Assembly: GCA_028534125.1 (NCBI GenBank)
Contig: CM052817.1
Coordinates: 86,616,001 to 86,680,000 of the forward strand
Length of the DNA stretch: 64,000 bases
From: Lama glama
Taxonomy: Eukaryota
Direction: 5' to 3'
Below the pieces are notes generated by a model. The model worked only from the letters and a program-made list of their open reading frames with translations. It was not told the DNA's origin and ran no database searches. This document shows positions 48,950 to 62,159 of this stretch, piece after piece. The number at the start of each line of letters is the position of its first letter. Within the stretch, counting starts at the first letter, position 1. Position numbers and translations under genes: made by a program.

Positions 48950-50330
48950 TAAGGCACAATTTTTTTTGTCAATGATAGTAAAATGGGATTGAATTTTAAA
49001 GCCATTAATCACTACTATCTTAGTTAAGTGCCTACCATATTTAGTCTTGATATGTTGAAATAATACAATTTGCAAGAAATAAATAATAAGGATGTGGATG
49101 GAGACTAAACTATATGCATTTTGGATATGGACAAAAGCTGAGAGGCCCAGGTAGGAAGAATATATGAGTGTCCTCAGTGTCACTAAGGAGCATGGGTTTG
49201 TGTAGTGTCCTTGGCAGAGTCAGTGTTGGTGACCAGGTTGACAAACTCATACCACAGAAACAAATAGGCCATACATATGTTGTAATTTTGTAAGCACAAA
49301 ATCATCTTGAAAGCACTATATTTTTGCCAAACAAAAGCATTTTTAAAAATGGCTCTACACTAAAAACGTATTCAAGGTTTTTTTGAAAGTAAACACAGTC
49401 CAAAAAAATCACTGCTTATTAAATTCACCTAAAACATTATTATAGAATTTTTACAGTGCTGTTTTAAAGGAAGCTTTAGAAATTTAATAGACAGATTATG
49501 AAACAACAAAAACAAATTATCATTTATCAACGATACTAGACTTTTAAGCTGTACAACAAACCGCAGCCTTACTGATAGTTTTGGAAGTTAGCAATTGCAG
49601 GAAGAAACAGCATAAAAGAAATTAATCATTCATCATTCTCCATTTTTCATGTTTATAAGTACATAAAATCCACTAGCAACTGTTGCTGTCTTGATGTAAT
49701 ATTAAAAAAAATGCTTATGAATAAATTTTGGTATGGTCAATTTTCAAAAGCCAGAATAATCAATCATTTAAAAATTATTAAACTCAAATTATATCTATTT
49801 TAAAATTGTCCATAGAGTTAAAATTTGTAGTGCAAGAAAGATAATTCACATTAAAGCAGATTAAAAATTAAACATTTTGAAATCGGTAAACATAGATTGC
49901 ATTAATCAGAGGATATATATCTAACAACACAATCATCAAAAACATCCAGGAATCCTGGAAAAACTTGCACTTATTAAAAACAATACAAATACAGAGCATT
50001 GGAATGCATTTTTGAAATATCAAACAATTTAAAAGGATTAAACGCAATTTTAACTATTCCCAAGGTAATTCAGAGTTATGTTAGCAACTTCAGAGAAGTG
50101 TTTTAATGTCTCAAACGGAAAAAGTATCACTTATTGTTTAAAAGTGATAAACAATTTTACAACAATATGAAGAATTGAGGATTTTTTATAGTTATTTTCT
50201 AAAGAAACACAACTTACATTAGGAAGTTACTTAACAACAGAAATAAATTTCAAAAGAATTTCTACATCAATAGAATTTCATATCCTCTCATTTACTTTCA
50301 TGGCAAAAAAAGTCAGAGCTTATTAATCAT
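48950..50330 (+). mobile_element. Decayed hAT-Tip100 (Zaphod/Arthur-like) transposase fossil
   Basis: Collinear frameshifted motifs: LDMDK/LRG(Q) from 49121, FCKHKIIL (CxxH) at 49286, ILTIP at 50047, LATSEKCF../LKRKKYHL from 50081 (hAT dimerisation motif). Confidence 0.65.
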
Positions 50331-50689
50331 GGCACTTAATTTTCACATCACCTTGTTTAAATAGGATACGAGTAATAGATTTCTATCTATAGACATAAAC
50401 AGACAAAAGTCAACATAAAAAACTAAACTGTACAGATTCTTTTGTATCATCACATTTTTCTGGAAGCCTCAATGAGTCAAAAATAGTAAAATTTTGTCAA
50501 ATTATAGTAACAACTAATTGTCTTTTATTCAATAGCTAGATGCATACAATGCAACTGTCCTACCAATTAATTTATAATAATCACGTCAAATTTATACATA
50601 AACATGTGTTCTCTTCAAGTCTTATCCAAGGCCACCCACCTTTAATTGTGTAAACTATGCAAAAGCTAAACTAAACTAGAGTGGACTCT

Positions 50690-50875
50690 AGGATAGGCTG
50701 CATAGGTTTATGTAATGAACCAATTTATTTGTTTTGTGATACATACAAGTTAATTAGCCTGTCAGGTTTCTCATTTGAGAATGAGGATAATAATTCACAT
50801 ATGCATAACTTATAGCTTTGTTTGAAATTGTATGTCACCATTATGCATGGCAGATGGTAAATGTTTAATCTTGTT
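50690..50875 (+). mobile_element. MIR SINE
   Basis: caagttaattagcctgtcaggtttctcatttgagaatgaggataataat core. Confidence 0.6.
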
Positions 50876-51099
50876 ACTTATAAGTGTCAACTTTTACAGT
50901 CCTTACAAATCATTAAGAAAGAAATCTTGGAAACGTAAGCAAAGGGCATACAGGCAAGCAATTAAGAAATAAGGAAACGCAGAAACAAGAAAATTCTCTT
51001 TGATGAGACTGACAACATGAAAGACTAGAATTTCTATAGCCTTTCTGAAATTTGAAAGTTTTCTATTCAGTTTTCTGCTACCCTAAAGCTTTGACCTGG

Positions 51100-51880
51100 T
51101 AATAATGCTCTTAAGAATCTATTTGGAATTAAACATATCTCCATGAGAGCTATATTTAAAGATGTTTACTGCAGTCTGTATTGATAAAAAGAAAAAAAAT
51201 GAAATAAAGAGGAGAGAGAGGACAAAACTCAAAACAACTTGAGTGCGTGATAATAGAGAAATGGTTAGAATAATTCATATATGCCCCATCGTTGGGCTTG
51301 AGCACATGTGATTTAGCTTAGCATCTTATACATCTGTCTTCTGCTCATACGTGAAAACAGTGTATCTCTGGGACTCAGCCTTCAGCCTGGATCACAGAAT
51401 AAGGACACATATGGAACACTAAATGCCAAGTGACCTACAGCCTAGAGCAGAACTTCAGTTGACTGTAGCTTTCATGTAAAGTGAGTCAGAAGTAAGATTT
51501 GTTAATGGCATGAAACTAGAAATCAACCACAGAACCACAAAGGAGTTGTTGTTCTAAGACACAGAGACTCAGTGGTTATTTACTTTTACTCCAAAGGCTA
51601 ACAATCTACATTGGGATATCATAAGCCTATTAAAGTACTCAGAAATATGGATATGTAGTAACCGAGACAGGACAGACATGTGTGTTTGTGTGTGTGCTTA
51701 TGCGTGTGTATGTATTTATAATGCACAACTCAGAGTACTCTCTAAATTTTGACATTTCTTTTAAAAACTTGTTTAACAAGCATTTAAAATATTGTATAAT
51801 AAAATAATGTGGAGAATTTGATGACTCTCTGTACTTTCTGCTCAATTTTGTTGAGAACTTAAAATTTTTTAAAAATCTAT
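51100..51880 (+). mobile_element. Ancient L1ME-like 3' fragment, probably interrupted by an old MLT1 fragment (about 51300-51600)
   Basis: aaagatgtttactgcagt..taatagagaaatggttagaataa; ends tgactctctgtactttctgctcaattttg...aacttaaaa. Insert contains cagcctagagcagaac. Confidence 0.5.
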
Positions 51881-52674
51881 TAAAATAACAAACTATCATT
51901 ATAGTGATTTCATATCATCATCATAAATCATTTTAAAAACATACGAATAAATTTTCAAGTTAAAAAATTTGGATTGTTTATTTTTATCCATGAACTCCTC
52001 ATTACATTCTTCTAGCCTATAGTACTTTACCTGCATATAATATATTTTTTGTTTATCATTTTTTGACCACTTTTATCACACTACTTTATTAAAAAGTATT
52101 TAAATTGAAATTTAATATATTTAAAATTTTTCCTTGGTCTGTAAACTTCTAAGTTGTAAAACATCTTCAGAACTGAATTATCATTATGGATATTGTTATT
52201 AAAAGCTAATGAAAATATAACCAAATTACAGGCTGATTAAAATAATAAGTCCATGGTTAAAACTACATGGGAAATACATCAGTAAATGGTCTTGATGGGA
52301 CTGCTGTCTTTCAATCATTTAATGTAGCCACAAAGAAGTTTTACTTGTTACTAGAATGACATTGGTTAGCAAAAATTCAGGCACCAAAGAACAAAAAGTA
52401 CAAGGCTTCTGATAACTATAGGTCTTATAGAAGTCAGTTTAATGATCCTTGTTTGATGTATTAGTTACCATAGAAGAACATATTCTGTTAGGGGTATTTT
52501 AGTAAATAATGAATGGAATAAATAAGTGAAGAGAGGTAGTTGATGAGGGAAAGCCATTATCAAGATTTCTTCCCATCACGTACTACTTAAGGATTCCCCT
52601 TAGGAGACACTGAAATCTGTTGCAATATTGGAGGTTGGAAAAGGCATCCACCAGAACTGACTTTGAACCAGTCT

Positions 52675-52676
<2 letters not shown>

Positions 52677-52723
<47 letters not shown>

Positions 52724-52726
52724 TGT
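52677..52726. repeat. (TG)n microsatellite
   Basis: Direct observation. Confidence 0.97.
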
Positions 52727-53354
52727 CAGAATATGCAAACAGAGGTCAAGATCGCCCATCTCTAAAGTCAAGCTTCCCTTTTAACAGTTGTAGGTATAAC
52801 ACAGGGAATGATTCATGCCTCACAGTAGTTTTTATGTTGGCTTTGAAGGGTAAGCTTCTAAAACACTGATCTTTAAAACTGTCCCTTTGTTTGAAGGTTT
52901 TACCTCTTGAGAAATGTACCAAATTAAATCTCAAGCAGAGTGAGAGGTAACGCTTTATTTAATAAGGTGGAGATAGGGTTACTCCTGAGGGCTTGCTCAA
53001 GCAGAGCAATGTAGGAAAGGGTAAGTACAAATGGAAGTTGAAGATTTAAAAATGGATTCCCTCAAAGCTCTTCATGCTGGGATAAAGTCCTTGGAAAGAC
53101 TTCTGAACCCCAGGGGTTCTCCCTAACCCAGTTTGAAAAACACTTAATGAAAAACAAGATCAATTTAATTGAAAATGGTGTAGCTGGAAACAAAACCTAG
53201 TACACGACAGAGCACTAGAGGGAAGAGAATGTGAGAACATAGAAACATCAAGGGTGGAGAACTTCTTCCCAAGCATATTGGCTGTGAATGAAGAGTATAG
53301 AGATGTACTGGGGCAGGAAGAGTCGTATCAGAAGATGCTGAGGTCACCATTCAG

Positions 53355-53730
53355 TGTCTGAAATAGAAAATTACAAGGCTGAATTTATTGTTTACTGTAG
53401 CAATAAAGAGTTATGCTCACAAGGCACAGTCTTTGAGTGGGAAGATTGCTGAGTTTATTATAGGGCTATTGGTGGTCAAGATTTGATGAATTTTCTGGAA
53501 TATGAGCAACTGGGTATCATCTGGAGAAGTTTCAGTTGGATGAGACTGTTCTTGATTGGTTGTTATATAGAGGCAAGTTTATTGGAGAGATACAGTCTTG
53601 ACTGGAGGACATTTAGAGGCAGTGGGATATTACAGCTCGAATGGCTTGCAAATCCTCTTCAGAGGCAAGGCGTCCTAGATCACTCAGTCTGGTTCAAAGT
53701 CAGTTCTGGTGGATGCTTGTTATCATGGCC
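53355..53730 (-). mobile_element. Probable old ERV LTR
   Basis: tttatt (reverse AATAAA) near 53383, ttata upstream on the minus strand, several gattgg-like boxes. Confidence 0.4.
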
Positions 53731-53769
53731 ATAGAGACAGCCTCGGTTTTAATAGGTGCCATCATATTT

Positions 53770-54255
53770 CTTTGCTTCTTTTCAGCAAAACTTCTCAAAA
53801 GGAGTTGCCTACATCCACCGTCTCTAGTTCTTCTCCTCCAATCTGTCTTACAATTTACTCCCTTCAGGATTTCCCCATCCCCCACCACAAAAGCTTTCAT
53901 CAAGGCCATGGGACCTCCATCCTGTTAAATCTGATGGGCATGTGAGTCTCAATCACACTAATGAGTTAGTGGCATTAGCACAGTCACGCCTCCCTCCTTC
54001 TTAGTCATTTTCTTCACTTTGCTTCCAAAACAACACAGTTTAAGTTTTCTTCTTACCTTTACATCCCTTCTGTCTCAGCTTTCTTTGATAGCTCTCATTT
54101 TTATCCTTGGAGTCACCTAGTGCTCACTGGTTGAAACTCTTTTTTATTTCAATACTCACTCCTTTAGTGATCTAATTCAGTCTACTGGTTTTAAATGCTA
54201 TCTATACCCTAACAATTCTCAATTTATATTTCCCCTGAATCTGACACATGTATCA
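53770..54255 (+). mobile_element. L2 LINE relic
   Basis: Pyrimidine-rich L2 text: gacctccatcctgttaaatctgatgggca, ctccctccttctt...ttcttcactttgcttcca, ggttttaaatgctatctatac. Confidence 0.75.
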
Positions 54256-56229
54256 CATAATCATGTGCTCAGGGTGACTGGATGACAAAGGACTGACTGG
54301 CAGAACCTCAGATACGTTTGTGTGGCAAACTTGAGCTATTTTTGGTGTGGTCAAAGGTCAGCTTCCTTCTGTGGAAACTCCTGGGGAAACAAAGTCCTTA
54401 GTGAAATTTATTCATTTTGAACAGGGAAAAGTTAGAGATGTAGGAGAGTTGATGCTTTGTGAAGAAGGAGGGCATGTATGAGAGAATGGGATGCTAAAGA
54501 TTTTGGTCAGAGAAAAAGGCAGAAGAAAGTAATTGGAGATGATCAGAGTGAAGAGTGAGGGCTTGAAATCTGTGTTGAGACTAAGGAAATGTCTTGTCAT
54601 ATTTAGCTGTTTGTCAGCCTAACACATCTCAGTGACCTCTAGATGGTATAAACAGTCAGGTAACTCTGATTTCAGCTAGAATCTCATTTTCCTTTGACCT
54701 TCAGGTTTGGAAGCCAGTGGGGTGTGGAGAGTGATTCCGGTGGCTGCTCAGCCAGTCAGGCCTGACAGGGGCTGGGATTTTGCTCTGTCCTCAGCTTTGT
54801 GGTTTTGGTGAGGTGTTTTCAAAAATATATAGAGTCTCATTTAAGAGTTTTGGAAACTAAAAAACCTACATTGTTTCCAAAGTGTTGGGTGGGGATCAAG
54901 TCCCATTTACGTGGTCTCAGTTTCTACCTATGGCTAATAAAATCAATTTAAACTCACAAAAATTAAGGATAACCTACATGCAAAGTGTCAAACCTAAAAG
55001 CATGAATTTATCTAATTTATCCCTTTATTTTATTGAGAATATATTAAAGGAAAGTGCCGGGGGAAGAATATGAGTAAATATACTAGGTCATATTTTTATT
55101 TTTCAATTCCAAAAGAATTTGTTGGTCCGTAGATAATTATATTTGAAAAATCAATGTTGTTTATCATGATGGTCACAAAATACACTTGCCCCCACATTAT
55201 AGTGTTTAAAATATCACAAAGAATAAAATGTTTTAAAATGTAATGTCTGAAAACACATTATGTATATTATTAATATATAAAAATAGCACTAAAATACTCC
55301 AGATTGAAATAAATATTCATGCTACATTTAATGTATGTTTGTATAGTCTGTGTTTATTTTCCAGAAGAGAATTTTTCCTAAACTACTGAAATCCTTTTGC
55401 TACTATGTTTCAATCTTAAAAAGAAAAGAAAAGAAAGTCAAAGTAAAACGATCTTATTTCCAGCAAATTGTGAGTATGGCTGATTTTTTTTTTAAATAAA
55501 TAAGATAAATGGTAACTATGTTTGGTAGATAACTTCAAAATATGAGATTCAATTTTTCTATTAAAATGACTAGTGTTTTTATAACAATTTAAAAATAAAT
55601 TTCAACAACTTGGTATTCATCTCAGTTTTTAAATTAGTATCTTTAAATCTATCTATACATCATATAAATATATCATCTGAGTCTTTTTTAAGAATAATTA
55701 TAAAATATTTTATATTATCAATGTGTTCTATGTATTTAGTTTGTTTTGAGTATTAAAATTGCACACTACACTGGATCACTAGGGTCTAGCAGGGTAATGT
55801 AATGGAAGTAACAGAAATAAAAATTAAATTTCCTATGTCCTCTTTTTCTTGTTATTTCTAAAATAATAGCTTGATCTTTGGCCTCTGACTAGGAGTATCT
55901 ACTCCACTCTGTTCAAAGACATCTAATAATTCTTTAACTGGTTACAGAACATGCCGTTACACAATTAGAGTACAAGACCCTGTAAGGACAAATTTGGGAA
56001 AGATAAAACATACAGTCTTGAGCCAGAAAGGAAGTGAACTATTCCTTTCATAACTAGATAACTGCTAGAGTTCTACTTAGCACCTAAGCAGAGAAAATTA
56101 AGGTTCAGAGGGGTTGCACAGATTCCTATAAGACCTTAACTGAACCCCACTTTTCATTCTGCAGTTCCATAGAGTAACAATGTTTCCTATAGTGTGACAT
56201 CAAAGAATTTTACAAAAAGAACAAAAACG

Positions 56230-56580
56230 TGCATCTCAGTCTTCCCTCCTTTTTGAACTGGTTTCTGGTGGCCATGATAACCACCATAGAAAAATACATC
56301 ATGGTCCCTCACCCCATTGTCACAGCATCTTTGGATAAGTCTGGATTGACTTCTCTTTCAATGGCCTTTTCTCTATCAGATGTACCTCAAACTCTCATCA
56401 CATTTAAGTGTGGTATCCTAACTCTCGTATTTCCAAATCATTGTTTTTGGAGTTGGACTGTTCATATAAACCAATTAACTGATGCCTTATTTTGGGTAGG
56501 ATATGCATACCATTTATTCCATGGGGCCATCACCATTTTTGCTGATTGTATATATGTGTGCATTCATATATAGCAACTGC
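56230..56580 (-). mobile_element. CR1/L3 LINE APE-endonuclease remnant
   Basis: Minus-strand peptides LLYMNAH (56556-56576), HQLIGLYEQ (56458-56484) and NDLEIRELGYHT (56407-56442) follow the order of CR1 CLYTNA / YDLIGITET / HDWxxxIEGY. Confidence 0.55.
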
Positions 56581-57409
56581 TTTTGCTTATCAAAATTCTG
56601 AAAAACAATATAATATTTTTTTATTTGTAACAGCTTTTATATGCCAAGGGAAAGCCTTCAATTTATTCACATTTAACAAGTAAACGTGCTCTTTGTCTAA
56701 GAGCTTTCTAATGTCCAGAAAGCCTGTAGAGTCTTTTATTATGAGACTTTCTGGCCATGATTTTCCCAGAGAGTGAATTACACTTGCCAAGAAAAAGAGA
56801 AATCTCAGTTCTGAAAGACTCGACCTCAGCTTCAGACATGGAGCTCGTGTTGTTTTGATGGCTCAAATCCTAGTGATGGAGCTTCCTGCAGAGGGTAATT
56901 TTTTATGTGCTTTTACTGTCTCTTAAGTCACCATGTCAGTAACTCTAAAGTTAAATTATTAAAGAATCTTTAAAAGTATGAAAAATTACTGATACAACAA
57001 TACTTTTATAAAGTCTTACTATGAAAGAATTCTCAGTAATGATTAGAAGGCTGCATCTATAGAATTTTATTGAAAATTTATGAATGTACTACATTAAAAT
57101 TCTTATTTCTGCTCTTGAAATACAATAAAAGTTTAAGTAATTGAAATCTAGACCATCTAAATTACAAATTAATCTTAAAATTTGATTATGTTATTCATTC
57201 TGTTCTCATTTATGCAGAGGCATGTGTATAATTACTTTAGCAAATTTCCCCTTTGTATCAGTCTACTTATTAATTGCCTCATGGTGTTTCTCATTTGGAA
57301 TAACTCACTTTTACAATTTCTCAGCAATAAGAGCTAGAAGTAAACCAACAATTATCATACATAAATGTCTATCTTAATTACAACATTCATAATGATACTA
57401 ATTTCTATA

Positions 57410-57640
57410 TTTATTCAGCATATACCATTTGCTGGGTCTTGAGCTAAATTTGTTAACTGTATTAACTTATTTGATTCTTGACACAATCCTATGAATGCAA
57501 TACTACTATTATTTTTCTTTTATGGATGTGAAAACTGACTCGTAAAAAGTTTAAATCGATTGTCCCAAATTGTTCAATGATAAAATATTAGAATTGAGAT
57601 GTAAATTCAGATAGTTTTAGTACAGATCACAAATTCAATA
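57410..57640 (-). mobile_element. MIR SINE
   Basis: acaatcctatgaatgcaatactactattatttttcttttatggatgtgaaaactga core. Confidence 0.7.
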
Positions 57641-58819
57641 ATATCATTCCTTTATCTTAAATAGGCCAGTTATGTGACATACTGAAGTGATTACTTAAGT
57701 ATTGTCTTTCATCATATCATCATGTATTATTTAACTCTTCATGCCCCCTTACTATATATTAGTGATTTAAATAGTGACATAAAGCTAAATGGGATGACAG
57801 AAAGTGCTCAGGTCAGACATCAGTCTTTTCTGACATCTCCCCATCTTTCTGAGTTTGAATTTTTTTTTAATCTTCGGAAAATAATATTGATCTTTTGACT
57901 ATTTGAGAGGGTGACATTAGACAGTGCAATCTATGAATTGTATATACATATTGCTTATGAAGCAGTCAACCTACAGGATACAGAAGTCCAAGTTATGTGA
58001 AATAAAGGAATGGAAAGATAGGCAACAGTACATAAATTAACAAAATCTTAGAATTTGTTTTCTGACTCATCTGTTCACTTTTCATATTTTGTCACTCTTA
58101 TTCCATAACCTCCCATGAATAACCAAGTTAAATCATTACTATTTGACAGTAAATTGCCAACACGCTGCCTCATCTCCCTGAATAGTTAAGTGGATGCCTT
58201 CCTTATCCTGCTGGAGCTCCGATACTCTACTCAGGACAACACAGTTCTCCCTGCCCACTGCTAGACATGAGGCAACCTCGTGTTGTCCGAAATCTAGTGG
58301 CTTTTAGGACTTTATTGTTTATAAACGTAAGGGAAAGGAAAAGAAGAAAAAGGAGAATAATATCTCTCTGAATACAATAAATAAACCAATAAACAAATTC
58401 TGGTATAAATCAGGAGGTGATATATTTATTTATAGTAAAGCATGCTTGACTAACTCAATAAATTATATCTTCTTGAAATATTTGCATTTTGTCAGAGAAG
58501 AAAAACTTTTTTTAAAAAAAGAAATGAGTATCTTATACTGAATTTTATGAATTAGAAAACTGACAGAACTTTTTCTCCAACTAATACTATTTCCTCTGAA
58601 GGAAGAGTTGTTAGATGTTGGGTATTTGGGACCTGCAGGTTTCCTGGACATTAAATCCTTAACGTAGCCATCTATTTTTTTACATAAAAGATGATTCTGA
58701 CTAAAAGCCATATGGTAAGACTTAAGAGTTTGGTGAAATAAAAATTCCATACATAAAAGAAGTAAAAGACAAGCTCAAGCTACCATAGTCTACAGGACTT
58801 CGGATAACTATCCGGACTT

Positions 58820-59000
58820 ACGGACATTGTTTTAAGCAATTTGCACGCACTAACTAACTTACATTGTATAACAATCCTAGAAAATAAGTTATTTTCTCAT
58901 TATACAAATAAAGAAACTGAGGCACAGATGTTATTACAATTGCCCTCAGGCTGTACACAACTAGTGCGTGGCAGACCTCAAATCCAAGCCCGGGCACCCT
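58820..59000 (-). mobile_element. MIR SINE
   Basis: cattatacaaataaagaaactgaggcacagatgtt...ttgccctcaggctgtacacaactagt. Confidence 0.8.
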
Positions 59001-61269
59001 GCACGGGTAACCGCTGCACAACGCTGCTTTTTGGTAAGTCAGCAAACACAGTTATTGTTTTGTGCTGGATCAGAAACTTCTCTGATATCCCAGCAACTTT
59101 TTATATTAGCAAAGCAAGTGCCAGAAACCTACAGGAATTACCATATATGGTAGTTTGTGTTATCAAATTGTAGAGTTTTCATCCTGCATCATCAGAAGTG
59201 CACTTATCTATGAACAGAGAAAATAGACCTTTACTCTTATCTATCCTTTTAAGGCAATAAATGTGATAAGATTTCTTTTCACTAGGACATCTTGTTTATT
59301 TCTGACTTCCCTTTTTTTTCCTTTTCATAGAATACGTTAAAACTTGGCAGCTGTTTTTCCACTGACAACGCAGCTAATTCTGCTACTTTTCAGTAGAAAG
59401 GTGTGTGAATAGCAGTGTGTCAACCTAAACAAACAGTCAATAGACAATCCCTTCCCTGATGAAGCTCTCGCTTAAATTACCTGTGGATATTTTTCTTCTC
59501 CAAGCAATTTGATTTTTGATTTAATCAATTTTCTGATCTGAATCAGGAAATATTTACTACCATTAAAAATATAAAGAAGAAATATAACTAATGTTTTCAT
59601 TATATGTATTTCCCTTAAATGCTCTTAACAATCTCAGGTCTATGTTAAATAATATATTAGTAGAAAGTGTACATAAAGAATAAGAATGTGTTTTTACTTT
59701 ATTATAATACTATTCCTCCTTGTAGTATTCTTGAAAAATTTTTAAGATCTCCATTTATTTTTATTGAATATAATGACTTTCATCATCAGCAAAGCAATAA
59801 ACCCCACATCTACATAGTAGTAGTAAACTGTGAAGTTTCAGTGTTTAAGAAAGTGTGATAACATCTCTTGAGAAGATAATACCACTCATTCTATAGTGCA
59901 TCTTGTCAGTGTCTCAAGGCAATTAAAAATAAATGGGAAAATACTGTTCTCAGGGAGTTTTTTTCACAGCTAGGTACATCCATTTCACAGTTGAAAGTAT
60001 TGGCAACAGAATGAGATTAGATAAGTTCCTAAAAATCCACGTTTTGCTAAGAATAGTCCATGCATTCTATAGACTGTTCATATTCTAATCACTAAATAAT
60101 TCTTCCCTCCTTTTCCGTATAATTCAGTCTGTGAATTGATGTTTCTATGCACTGTTTTGCAGTGCAATACAAAATGTAGGAATGTCTGTGCTGGATCCTG
60201 CATTAAACTAAATCTTAGACAAAGGTTTGAGAAAACAAATTTCTAGTGTTGTCTCTACAGTTTTTTAGTAATGTAACTCTAAGCAAGTACTTTGCATTTT
60301 AAAATCTTGATTTGAAATAATAACCAAATTACTGATTTCCTTGCCACTGGCAAAAGGATTTTAGGAAAACAGACTAAAAAGAATACAGAGTGAAACCATA
60401 ATTATTACATATGTAGTTTATAATGGTGATAAATACGGTGAATATAACAATGATGATGATAGGGAAGCAATACATTTTATAAAGCTGCTAAGTCATCTTC
60501 AAAAAATAATCTTTAAAATGTTTCTTATAACTTGTGGATATTTTATTAAAAGTTCAATGAGTCATATTTGCCTTGTGTTAAATATATGATGATTTATTAT
60601 TCCTGGAACTCTACACAATATAGGTAAAAAACACAGACCTTTAATTATTTTCAAAACATAAAACTTAAAAAATTGAAACATAAAATAAAAATATTGTGGC
60701 ATGAATTGAGTTCTGTTAGACACCTAATACTTGTAAGAGTGGTTTCTTGATGAAAATGTGTTATTTCTATACACATAACTTTTCATAATTTTATCATCAA
60801 TTTTATACAATTTCTCAAAATTGGGCTCAGAGTTACTTGTAGTGGAACCATTCGTATATAGACAGTACATGGCTGCCAATAACACCAGCCTGTCTTTTAA
60901 GATCTTGGTATGGTTATCACAAGCATAATTTTCACAGTCTAATATGACAGACCCGTGTCTGTTCCAAAACCAGTTTGAAAATAAACTGAGCCAAGTTAAA
61001 AGAAAAGACAGGAAAAAAAGTGAGTTTAGCGCATAAACCATGACAGAAGCCAAATATCTGAATGCTCAATCATAAATAAAAATAACACTTATTTCAAGAA
61101 CAGTTAAGATGCTCTGTGTAATTTCAGTAAGATTGTTATTGTGTGGGAAAAAACGTTGGTAGAAATAATAATAAAATAATCCCCTACAGCTTTCATTATT
61201 AATCTTTCTTTTACAAGTGCATAGTGTGATATCAGTGATGTCCCTATTTTTGTATGAGAAACTCTAAAA

Positions 61270-62145
61270 GCCAGCCCATACACAAAATTAATTTAAAAAA
61301 AAAAACTGGCAAAACTGTCAGAAGCAACATCATCAGAACCCTGGAAACTAATCAAAAGCTTGTGGGGAGCACTTCCTCAGGAAAGAAAAAACAACAAACA
61401 AACAAACATGGAAATCTCATTAAGAACAGTGAGGTTCGTCGTGTTTCAGCTTACCCTAGATCCATGCTCTCCTCCTTGGCTCAGCGGTAGCCTTGAAAGT
61501 AACAGCCTATGTTCTCGGTACTGCAGGCCAGTAGGCAAGGGGATGACATATTCAGACTGCTTAAAGAAAAGAAAAATCTGTGAGACATAAATTCTATATC
61601 TGTAAAAATGATCTTCCAGAGATGGGGGAGGAAGTAAGACAGTCTGAGATTAAAAAACAAACTGATACTTTCATTGCCAGTGTACGTACACTATAAAAAA
61701 TGCTAAGAAACTAGGCAGAAACTTGAAACCACATGAAAAAATAAGGAACTCTAGTAAAGGTAAAGGTAACTACATAGGTAAAAATAAAAAATAGTACAAC
61801 CGTATTTTTTCGTTTGTAGCTCTTTTTTTTTTTTAAAGGAAACTACATTAAAAATGTTTGTAAATATATGTTAATGGGCACACAACACATAAAGAAGTAA
61901 TTTGTGTATTTAACAGCATAAGTGGAGTTATGTGGACACAAATATTTTTATGCTATTGTAATTAGTATTAGTATAAGCTAGATTATTATGTATCAAATAG
62001 TTTTTGTAATCCCTGGGGAAACCACTGAGAAATGAATTCAAAATACGTAGTACAAAAAATGACCAGAGAATAGAAAAGGTACCCTAGGAAACAGCTACTT
62101 AACACAAAATAAGGCAGTTATGAAGGAACTGAGAAACAAAATATT
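61270..62145 (+). mobile_element. Old L1M element, internally deleted (5' UTR, ORF1 end, inter-ORF region)
   Basis: aactggcaaaactgtcagaagcaacatcatcagaaccctggaaactaatcaaaag, aattctatatctgtaaaaatgatcttc, ggtaactacataggtaaa. Confidence 0.7.
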
Positions 62146-62159
62146 GGTATATGCTACTT

